A program made the position numbers and the translations under genes. The notes below the pieces were generated by a model that was not told the origin of the DNA, did not search any database, and saw only the letters and a list, made by a program, of their open reading frames with translations. A stretch of DNA of 64,000 nt from Roseibacillus sp. GTDB lineage: Bacteria > Verrucomicrobiota > Verrucomicrobiia > Verrucomicrobiales > Akkermansiaceae. Shown piece after piece: positions 51,155-59,378 of this stretch; the stretch's first letter is position 1; every line of letters begins with the position of its first letter. Where the stretch lies: NCBI GenBank assembly GCA_051251855.1, contig JBPOGI010000001.1, positions 1,248,001 through 1,312,000 of the forward strand, read 5' to 3'.

Positions 51155-52537
51155 TCACTGTTGCGATAGAGCCCGCTTCTCCGCTCCAAAGTGGCGCGCG
51201 CCTTCCCCAAAGACATGGTGGTCACCGATATCCTCTCGGGCCTTTTCGGCAATCTCTTTTAGCTGGCCTACCACCTCGGGATGCTCACTCGCAAGGTTGC
51301 TAGACTCTCCGATATCCACCTCCAAATCGTAAAGTTGGGGAGATTCGATACGCGCCGCATCCTTGGGAGCGATATGCTTTTTCCACTTAGTCGCGATACT
51401 CTCCTTCACCGGTTCAGAGTGAGGCAGCATCAGCTTCCACTTCCCCGACCGAACGGCTCGCAAACAATCATGCTGATAGTAATAATAGTCCCGCCCCACC
51501 GACTCCTCTTCGCCGTGCCAAATCATCGCAATGTCCACGCCATCAATCACCCGATCCTCCGGCACTTGACCACCTGCAAGGGCTACTAGCGTCGGCATCA
51601 AATCAATAGTCGCCGCAATAACCCCACTTTCCGAACCCGCCTCAATGCGTCCCGGAGCCCGAACAATACACGGAACTCTCAGACCACCCTCCCAACACGA
51701 AGTCTTGCCACTGCGCAGTGGCTCGGCATGCCCGCCATGGTCTCTCCGAATCAACCAAGGCCCGTTATCGCTGGTAAAAATCACATAGGTCTTCTCGTCC
51801 AACCCCAGCTCCTTCACCTTGTCCAAAACACGCCCCACATTGAAGTCCAACTCCTCAATGACATCCCCATAAAGCCCATGCGCAGACTTGCCCTTGAAAT
51901 CTTCCGAAGCCGCCAACTTGGTGTGCGGCATGGTGTGGGGTAGGTAGACAAAGAAGGGCTGCTCCTTCCTCTCCTCAATAAACTCCAGCGCCTCATCGGT
52001 ATAGCGTTTCGTGAGAGTCGCCATCTTCGCCTTCGACTCGATCTTCTCCGCTCCTCGATAGAGATCGACAAAACTATCGTTGCTACCCGGAGTCCAAAAC
52101 GAGACATCGAAGCCCTGCTTCTCCGGACGCAACTCCGGCACAAACCGACTAGGATTGTGCCCTGCCAAGTCCCACTTCCCAAACATCCCCGTCGCGTAGC
52201 CCAAGGGCTTCAGTAATTCTGCAATGGTGATTTCCTCGGAATGCATCTCCGGATGAATCGAGTTCGGATCCCCATGACGCGCCAGTCGCAAAGGATAACA
52301 CCCCGTCATCAACGCCGCCCGCGAAGGCCCACAAACCGTCTGGGCATAAAAATCCGTAAACCTCATCCCCTCCTGGGCCATCTGGTCGATGCGCGGCGTC
52401 TTGATATCCGGCGACCCATAGCACCCCAAATCCTGATACCCTTGGTCATCGCTGAAGATAACAATGAAGTTCGGCCGCTCCGCCGCCACCGATGCCGCCA
52501 AAAAAAGAGCCGTCACTAAAAGGATGTGCTGAATCAT
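51155..52537 (-). CDS. Formylglycine-dependent (Cys-type) sulfatase
   Basis: RPNFIVIFSDDQG, CGPSRAALMTG, GKWDL, FTSDNGP and WEGGLRVP. Confidence 0.95.
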   Translation of the reverse strand: MIQHILLVTALFLAASVAAERPNFIVIFSDDQGYQDLGCYGSPDIKTPRIDQMAQEGMRFTDFYAQTVCGPSRAALMTGCYPLRLARHGDPNSIHPEMHSEEITIAELLKPLGYATGMFGKWDLAGHNPSRFVPELRPEKQGFDVSFWTPGSNDSFVDLYRGAEKIESKAKMATLTKRYTDEALEFIEERKEQPFFVYLPHTMPHTKLAASEDFKGKSAHGLYGDVIEELDFNVGRVLDKVKELGLDEKTYVIFTSDNGPWLIRRDHGGHAEPLRSGKTSCWEGGLRVPCIVRAPGRIEAGSESGVIAATIDLMPTLVALAGGQVPEDRVIDGVDIAMIWHGEEESVGRDYYYYQHDCLRAVRSGKWKLMLPHSEPVKESIATKWKKHIAPKDAARIESPQLYDLEVDIGESSNLASEHPEVVGQLKEIAEKAREDIGDHHVFGEGARHFGAEKRALSQQ

Positions 52538-52790
52538 AGACCATATCCAAACTCCCAAAAAACCACCCCCAACGGAAGCCAAAACGGCCCGCGAGTCTTT
52601 CATTCTCTTGGGAGGGTCGGCTTCAGCCATCCACCGGTATCTCCTCTTTTTACGACTTCAATCGAATACCACTGTGATAAGCCACATGGTCGTGATACGA
52701 CGAAAGAAACGGGAAAGTGGTCTTTTCAAGCCGCCACCTTGAGCTATCGACAGTGAACGGTAGGCCCGCTCGATTCCGAGTCAAAACCAT

Positions 52791-53006
52791 GTCGTCGTTG
52801 GACTGTCGTATTTGGACAGACAAATTATTGACAGGACCGAAGCTAACCACCGGTGCACGCAAACCCCGAGGTGCCCTCTCTCTTCTCAAGAACCAACTAA
52901 CTATGGTGCGAGATTTTCAAATTCCATGACAACTTAGGCAAGAAAAGCTTCCGAAAGTCAGAAAGCGTCGGAGTTGGACCGATATAGTCGGACAGAGCAA
53001 TGATTG
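52791..53006 (+). mobile_element. RAYT-derived deletion unit 1: left repeat, 96-bp transposase 3' remnant, right repeat
   Basis: GTCGTCGTTGGACT-GTCGTATTTGGACAGACAAATTATTG (52791-52830). 52834-52929 is colinear with 57609-57704. GTCGGAGTTGGACC-GATATAGTCGGACAGAGCAATGATTG (52967-53006). Confidence 0.75.
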
Positions 53007-53070
53007 AGAAAACCTGACTTCAATCAATTTCAACCTTCTTACGGCTCAAATCGTTTAGAGTAGAAGCCCC

Positions 53071-53892
53071 TCAGTCGACTTTTTGATTTGCTGGAATTGC
53101 TTTTTCGAGGGCTTGTTCGAAGGCTGTCTTTTCTGTTCCTGCAGGTAGACTCGACACGTATTCGACAGCCTCAGCGGAGTCTTTTTGCACCCAAAACCTC
53201 ATAATATCGCGCGCAAGGATATGGCGCTTCTTAGGGGGGTCATTCCTGAGCTCTAAAATCTCTGAATAATGTTGAGCCACTTCAGCAGGATCTGCGACGA
53301 CCCATCTTCTAGCGAAAGCCTGCGCCATAAGTGACCGGTTAGACCCGACCCGGGTATCTTGGAGTGCCTTGAGGACTAATTGGGGGTTGTTGGCGGTAGC
53401 TGTTGTCAGGAGAGGAACGACAAAGGCCTTGTACTCCGCAGCATCGTTAAAACTAAAAGGGCCGGAAAATCCCAGTTTACAGGCCCGAGCGGGATCTTCT
53501 TCGGCAAGATGCGCTCCCAGAAGAGAGAGAAAACTCAGCCTTGTGACTTCTCTCTGCGCAATCTTGGCTTCCCAATCTTCGAACGAACTCTCCGAAAGAA
53601 AGAGAGAAGCCTCCGAGTCGGCTCGCAAGGGACTTTTGGCCTGCTGATAGAGACGATCGAGAGATTGGGTGAAGGTCTCTCCTTGCTCTCCCAAATTCGA
53701 GCCCGAGTCTCTGATTAGTTGAGAGAGATGCGACTCCGATTTCTTACTACTCTTTGTGGGCAAATTCTGTCCGCCGCTCGATAAATCGTTTTGACTTCCA
53801 TCCTGAGCGGGAAGAACAAACTTCCCTACCCAAAGTCCTGCAAGAAGCGCCAACCCACAAGCGCATATCCGAATCATTTTTTCCTGGGACAT
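53071..53892 (-). CDS. Membrane-anchored helical-repeat hypothetical protein
   Basis: N-terminal TM and repeats of the W...DP..A...W/Y type (WVVADPAEVA, WVQKDSAEAVEYVSSLP). ATG 53892 chosen as the start. Confidence 0.7.
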   Translation of the reverse strand: MSQEKMIRICACGLALLAGLWVGKFVLPAQDGSQNDLSSGGQNLPTKSSKKSESHLSQLIRDSGSNLGEQGETFTQSLDRLYQQAKSPLRADSEASLFLSESSFEDWEAKIAQREVTRLSFLSLLGAHLAEEDPARACKLGFSGPFSFNDAAEYKAFVVPLLTTATANNPQLVLKALQDTRVGSNRSLMAQAFARRWVVADPAEVAQHYSEILELRNDPPKKRHILARDIMRFWVQKDSAEAVEYVSSLPAGTEKTAFEQALEKAIPANQKVD

Positions 53893-53902
53893 CACTTCTA
53901 TT

Positions 53903-55180
53903 CTAATGGTTTTGTTGGAATTCCTCGCTTCTGACAAAATTGTTCAGAAACTGTTTCTTGCGTCCCTCGGGTTGTGCCTGCAACCAATTCTCAGCATCCT
54001 GTGGAGAGAGTTCGCTCCAACGAGAGTAAAAGTTCTTGAAACCTTTTCTGCCATCTTGAGTGTCCAAATAGCTTCCGCTGATATTTTCGAAAGCGGGGAG
54101 CAGGGTGCTCGGCTGCCCCTCACGAGCTCCCCGAACGACGCCCTGATAGACAAGTTGCCGTTGCTCATCATTTTTTGCGACTTCTAACAGATTGGGGTAA
54201 AGTTTGCTGTGATTGTCGACAAACCCCTCTGAGTATATTCGGATCTCGCTGTCGCTCCAATCTGAGGGAAATCCCCCTCTCAGATCCAAATCAGGGTCGC
54301 TCACCTTTGACCCTACGCTTTGATTGCCACTCGTTGAACCCCAGAACTTAATCCCTGAAAGGCGAGCTCTCTCACGCAAATTGGGGTCATCGATCAGGTC
54401 GGCGACTTGGAGCCCGACTCGCCCCTGACTACTGGTAGCCTTGTGCGTCAATCTGATGAGCAGCCCGTTCCGGGTTTCTCTATCCCAATGAGATGCAATC
54501 CATGCCGCCGCAGACTCAGGGTCATCCTGTCCCCACAATTTGGCGGTCTCGGGAAACAATTTGGCCTCCGCCTCAGGCCAGGTTTCAAACAAGCTATCCA
54601 CCAGCTCGGCCGCGCGGAAGGGACTGTGCTGAGCAAGCTGGAAACTATAGCTTTCGAGCAATGCGATGTCAGTGGGTTCCTTACTCTGCAAAAGTGCCTC
54701 CAAGGCGCTCTCAGAGTCAGAATTCAACCAGGTAAAAAGAACACCTCTGCGAGCTTCTTTGGGAAAGTGACTCTCCTTTCCCAACCCAGCCCAAGCAGCC
54801 ACCGGATCAAGTTCAGCCCACCTGGCATAAACAGCGGCCGCAATTTCTCCAAAACGGTCGAGGTGCTGCAAGTCGCTAAACCTTGCGATGACTTCCTCGA
54901 TTTCGTCGCCCGACAAACGAAAGATGAAAACTTTTAGGCGGCTCTCGATATCAAAGTCTCCTTCTTCGAGACCATCGTATTGAAGGATCGCCTCTATGAC
55001 GTCCTCGTTAGAAGGACGAGCTCGAACAGTCGAACTTTTGGCAGTAGGACGGATCGATGAAGAGCTCTCTTTGAGCTGCTGGCCTTCGTGAGGCTGTCCA
55101 TCAACCTGGCGACCGAGTGCAGTCCAAGTCACCGAGACCAGCAAACCTGCTAGAAAACAAACTCCTACCCACCACTTCAT
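53903..55180 (-). CDS. Membrane-anchored helical-repeat hypothetical protein (same repeat type as its neighbour)
   Basis: N-terminal TM, WAELDPVAAW, WGQDDPESAAAWI and WSELSPQDAENWL. Confidence 0.75.
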   Translation of the reverse strand: MKWWVGVCFLAGLLVSVTWTALGRQVDGQPHEGQQLKESSSSIRPTAKSSTVRARPSNEDVIEAILQYDGLEEGDFDIESRLKVFIFRLSGDEIEEVIARFSDLQHLDRFGEIAAAVYARWAELDPVAAWAGLGKESHFPKEARRGVLFTWLNSDSESALEALLQSKEPTDIALLESYSFQLAQHSPFRAAELVDSLFETWPEAEAKLFPETAKLWGQDDPESAAAWIASHWDRETRNGLLIRLTHKATSSQGRVGLQVADLIDDPNLRERARLSGIKFWGSTSGNQSVGSKVSDPDLDLRGGFPSDWSDSEIRIYSEGFVDNHSKLYPNLLEVAKNDEQRQLVYQGVVRGAREGQPSTLLPAFENISGSYLDTQDGRKGFKNFYSRWSELSPQDAENWLQAQPEGRKKQFLNNFVRSEEFQQNH

Positions 55181-55260
55181 AACTTCCTAGGAAATAGACT
55201 ACCCTGCCACGTGTCTAGAGAGAATTTCGGTACCGCCAATAGGCCCCGCTATCGCCAGTC

Positions 55261-55388
55261 GTAGTAGCTGGACCGTCGTAGTTGGACTGACAAATTATTG
55301 CGAAACCGCTTGGACCCCTGAATTCCACATCTCAATCTCCCTAGAAGGCATAGAACCACGTCGCTACAATAGGACAGACAAACTATCG
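55261..55388 (+). repeat. RAYT-derived deletion unit 2: left repeat plus degenerate second repeat
   Basis: GTAGTAGCTGGACC-GTCGTAGTTGGACTGACAAATTATTG-CGAAACCGCTTG (55261-55312) matches 56907-56958. GGACAGACAAACTATCG at 55372-55388. Confidence 0.75.
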
Positions 55389-55466
55389 ATAATAGAATGG
55401 GTTGATGTTCATTGGCAAAAGTGTTTAGGAGAAGGGATCTGATTGATGTATAATTCCCAGCATCAC

Positions 55467-56714
55467 TTAGCGTTTCTTGCGAAACTCCTCTTCCGTCAAC
55501 ATGGAACCGTCGAAGCGGCCCCGTTCAAAATTCTCTTTTGAGATATACTTCGCGTCGAGAAAGTCGGCCCCCGCTTTGGTGAGGCCGCCGTCGGCGAAGA
55601 GGAAGGGAAAGCGTTTCAAGCGGGTGACCGGGTCGGCATTCTCGGCCCACTCCTTCCATGGTGCCATGGGTGCGCGTGAGTATCTCGCCGCATGGACCTT
55701 GAGATCGTTTGAAGTGCAGGACCGGAAGGGATCCACTTCCTCCATGGAATCTCCAACGCGAATTTCATCGAAGTAGACCTGGAACTCGCGTTCGTGCAGA
55801 CAGGGGTGATAGCAGCCAAAAGTGGTCCAGACAAAGCGCTTTCCTGATTCGGGATCTTTGGAATCCGAGGGCTCGGCCTTGAATCCCGGCACGTCCCGAT
55901 TGGCGATCATCAATTCTTCATGCGCAAGATTTTGAATGGTGTTCCCTTTCAGCTCGGTGATCAGTTGATACTCCGCGCCCCAATTCACTCCCGTTTCGTC
56001 GCTCGGCTTACCACAGTCGGCAAGCCAGAACTGAAGATGCCCACTTCCACTCCCGCTCATGCCAGAGTGGTGAAGGCCGATCTTCAGGATGACCTTGTAC
56101 CATGCTCCGGGTTCGATATCCACACTGGCGAGAATGGTCGGGAGCGGGCGGCGGCCCGAGGGATTATCCACATGATGAATGAAGCGCAGCACGTTGCAGC
56201 CGCGCGCTCTGTCTTCCGCGTAGGCGAACTTGATCGCCGCCGCCCGCGAAGTCCCCTGGGTCCAGGTCTGGAAAAGAATGGCCTCGCGTCTTTCCGGTCC
56301 AGCGGTGCGCGGGCTAATGGCAAAACCATACCATTTCACCTGGCCGAAATAGTGGAGGTTTTTCTCGAAGGTCGCATTGTCATACTGGCGGGTGCCAGGC
56401 AGGTCGAACATGAGCTTCTGACTGTAGTTCCGGTTATCCAGCTGGTGGGGTTTCGAGGTGAAGGCATAGCCATTTTTCCCGGTCGTACCGAATCTCGCTT
56501 CGGGTTTGGCTTCAATGCTCAGGTATTCCCGCAGCCCCTTCAGGCCCAGTTTATGATCGATGCCGTTGTCGTAGACCATGCCGAATGGCACACCGCCTCG
56601 GATGTCATCAGCATCGAGATACTGCTCTTGCTCCGCCTGCCCAAATCCGGCACCCATCCAGGCAAACAACACGAGAATGACGATCCCATGACCAGCAAAG
56701 GAAAGACGGATCAT
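55467..56714 (-). CDS. Secreted polysaccharide-lyase-like (beta-jelly-roll, heparin lyase I-like) protein
   Basis: Signal peptide MIRLSFAGHGIVILVLFAWMGAGFG and the pattern WYGFAI...ILFQTW...GAWYKVILKI...GHLQFW...FGCYH...VYFDEIRVG. Confidence 0.6.
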   Translation of the reverse strand: MIRLSFAGHGIVILVLFAWMGAGFGQAEQEQYLDADDIRGGVPFGMVYDNGIDHKLGLKGLREYLSIEAKPEARFGTTGKNGYAFTSKPHQLDNRNYSQKLMFDLPGTRQYDNATFEKNLHYFGQVKWYGFAISPRTAGPERREAILFQTWTQGTSRAAAIKFAYAEDRARGCNVLRFIHHVDNPSGRRPLPTILASVDIEPGAWYKVILKIGLHHSGMSGSGSGHLQFWLADCGKPSDETGVNWGAEYQLITELKGNTIQNLAHEELMIANRDVPGFKAEPSDSKDPESGKRFVWTTFGCYHPCLHEREFQVYFDEIRVGDSMEEVDPFRSCTSNDLKVHAARYSRAPMAPWKEWAENADPVTRLKRFPFLFADGGLTKAGADFLDAKYISKENFERGRFDGSMLTEEEFRKKR

Positions 56715-56901
56715 GCAAGGATCTGAGTGCAAGGACCGCATGGGCTGGCTTGTTGGAGATTTATCAGGACTGAGGAAATGGTGTAACATCTCTGCTTGAT
56801 ACGTGGGAGACTGGGCGCTTCATTCATCAAACCTTCCGACAACTCCTTTCGCTGCTAGGAATTTGCTTTTAGCAGGAGGGCCTTGAAGCCGCCTCTAAAC
56901 C

Positions 56902-56958
56902 GGACCGTCGTAGTTGGACCGTCGTAGTTGGACAGACAAATTATTGAGAAACCGCTTG
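56902..56958 (+). repeat. Best-conserved left repeat upstream of the RAYT gene
   Basis: GGACC-GTCGTAGTTGGACC-GTCGTAGTTGGACAGACAAATTATTG-AGAAACCGCTTG, a 14-bp tandem unit plus tail. Confidence 0.85.
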
Positions 56959-56990
56959 CACCGACGATTCCCCCATCTCGAGCTCCCATC

Positions 56991-57704
56991 ATGGCTCAAA
57001 CACGTTGGCTGGCACCTTGGAAGGATGACCCTCATTCCAAGGCGATTTATCATGTGATCAATCGCGTGGTCGATCGGCGCTCTGCATTTGGCGGAGAGAT
57101 TCAAAGATTCAAGAGTGTGATTGTGCAGAATGGCACCGCTTCTCGCACCGTAGCGGCTTATATTGATTTGAATCCGGTGCGAGCGGGAATTGTCGAGGAT
57201 CCGGCGGATTATCGTTGGTCGAGTTATGGTGAAGCTATGGGTGGCGGTAAGAAAGCTCGAGCAGGATTGGTGAAAGCTTTGGGAACGTCTCACAGCCAGC
57301 ATTCAAGAACGAACGTGAAAGTGAGCAGTGCGGCTCGTGCTTGGGCTCAGGGAGGGATTGGGAAGGAGTATCGCAAATTGCTTTTGAGAGCAGGACAAGA
57401 AGTGGTTCTCAATGCCAAGGTCGTGAAGAAGGGCATGTCCAAGGAGAAAGTGGAGAACGAACTCGCCGCGCTTGATGAGAGCACCAGCAAAAGCGACAGA
57501 GTGATCTCGAAAGTCATTCAGCATCGCATTCGTTACTTTTCAGATGGAGTGGTCATTGGAAGCAAAGACTCCGTGGAAACCTTCTTCAACCAATTCAAAC
57601 ATCGATTCGGACCTAAACGAACCACAGGCGCACATAAACCCCGAGGTGCCCTCTTCCCCCTCTAGAACCAACTTTCCACCGTGCGAGATTTTCAAACTCC
57701 GTAA
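56991..57704 (+). pseudogene. REP-associated tyrosine (HUH/Y1) transposase pseudogene
   Basis: IYHVINRVVDRR and RFKSVIV...AAYIDLNPVRAGIVEDPADYRWSSY are RAYT motifs, but the intervening HUH segment is missing. TAG at 57663 stands where the 52834 remnant has AAG. Confidence 0.85.
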
Positions 57705-57928
57705 AAACCGTCGGAGTGGGATAGAACAATGCCAGAGAACCTTTGGAAGGCTCCGTCACTTTCACTTTAGGATGGATTGAGCAGATCTCATTTATATTTT
57801 CAATATCCAAAAATGATACCTCCGCATGCCGTGGTGACCCCTATTCCGTCAATATTTCCGTCCTTGGTTTTCTTTCCTATGGACATCTGACCTGCCCGAA
57901 TGGAGAATCCTTGCTTAGATAATTATTT

Positions 57929-58909
57929 ATGATTACGCAAAAATTGTATCAGGGAGCTCTTTTTATTTTAGTGACCTTACTAGCTACCTTCACACCAAGT
58001 GAATGCAAGGCGGATATCACCCTGACCGGAACCGTCCCGACAGACTTCACTGAATTCGGCGTAATTACGGTTGTTGATTCGAACGGTATTCCGGACGTCG
58101 GAATACCTTCTGGATTCCCACTAGGAACGGTCAGTGGCGTCGACCTCGCTGAGGTGCGGTTTTTCTTAAATGTCACCACTGATACGCTCTACGTTGGGAT
58201 GAACACGTTTACGATCGCTGGCGATGTTGATGATGATGGAGATCCCGGAGGAACGAGTTCTCCCCTCGCAGGATTAGGAGGTCAGGATAGCCCGGACTTT
58301 GGCGGAACCGAATCCTTCGCGGTGATGCTTGACCTTGACGAAGATGGTATTTTCGATGTCATTGCGGGAGTTTCAACCTCGACGGACTTAAGCGGTTTCG
58401 CCGTGGCAACCTTTAGCGGCAATTCATCTACCCCAGGCCTTGCATTCGGAACGCCTTTGCCGACTCACACAGGCTCAGTATTCGCAAGCCCTTCCATAAG
58501 CACTCCCGATATCGAATTCACGATTCTTAATTTTTCAAACCTTCCTACCTCTTCTGGCAGCGACTCCGAAACATCGCTGTGCATCAGGGCCTTTATGGGG
58601 TCGTATAGCGATGCCGGCATTGGCCAAGACTTTGTTCCATCAGAAAGTAACAACGCACTGATTGTTTTTCCAGAACCCCTTGCTCTGAGCATCCTCGGAG
58701 TGTTAGGCGACACGCTCACCCTCTCCATCGAAAATATTCCTAGCGGGCAGACTTTTCACCTAAGGCAGTCTTCCGACCTGACCAGCTTCCTACCGCTCTC
58801 CTCTCCTATTACCTTCACTGACGCCACCCCGCAGCCGATAGCAATCACGGTAGAAACCGAAGCGCACCCTGCATTGTTTTTTTCTGCATACGCTGGCGCG
58901 TCGCCGTAA
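57929..58909 (+). CDS. Secreted Asp/Gly-rich hypothetical protein with C-terminal Ig-like domain
   Basis: Signal peptide, Ca-binding-like motifs AGDVDDDGDPG and DLDEDGIFD, and C-terminal LTLSI..FHLRQSSDL..F...LFF. Confidence 0.72.
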   Translation: MITQKLYQGALFILVTLLATFTPSECKADITLTGTVPTDFTEFGVITVVDSNGIPDVGIPSGFPLGTVSGVDLAEVRFFLNVTTDTLYVGMNTFTIAGDVDDDGDPGGTSSPLAGLGGQDSPDFGGTESFAVMLDLDEDGIFDVIAGVSTSTDLSGFAVATFSGNSSTPGLAFGTPLPTHTGSVFASPSISTPDIEFTILNFSNLPTSSGSDSETSLCIRAFMGSYSDAGIGQDFVPSESNNALIVFPEPLALSILGVLGDTLTLSIENIPSGQTFHLRQSSDLTSFLPLSSPITFTDATPQPIAITVETEAHPALFFSAYAGASP

Positions 58910-59378
58910 CCCCGAAAATCATGTCGCCGCTGAATCGTCGCGAGAAAGGGGCCAGTCCTTGCACTTTAACATTTCTATCACAAGCGCGTCAAAGCGGCAT
59001 CGCCCGGTGGGAATAGCTCATGGATTCAGAGAAGAACGTTCCAGTTCTCCGCGAGTTTGTAGCGGCGACTTCTGCATTGGCCGGGTGGGATGAGAGAACC
59101 TTGTGCCGCCCATCCTGTTGCAAAGAGTGAGCCCGGTGTGCGGGGTGATGCCGAGAGCGTTGGCTCTCTCTTTGGTGGTGAGATAGCGGCTTTCCCAGAA
59201 GGCACGGTAGGGTCATTTTCAGATGGAGGACTTCATTTCGTCGGGCGAGGTCGTCTTGGTGATTCGACGACCTGAGGTCTTTCGCGGACCATCTATCAAA
59301 TGGTCCCTGCCAGCGTTTACCAATACCCAATCGGAACCCCTGACGATACGTATTCCCTCTCATCATCTTTTCAACAGC

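Noticed and set aside
55369..55388. Fourth copy of the ATAGGACAAAAG operator
   Set aside because: Only ATAGGACA matches; the rest (GACAAACTATCG) belongs to the RAYT-linked repeat family.
52791..57733. CRISPR array
   Set aside because: Repeat spacing ranges from ~100 bp to over 2 kb and spans whole genes. There are no cas genes, and the repeats are tied to a RAYT.
58989..59366. 125-aa ORF or pseudogene between the secreted protein and the sulfatase
   Set aside because: No recognisable motif in the frames examined. It may be decayed coding DNA but cannot be supported.
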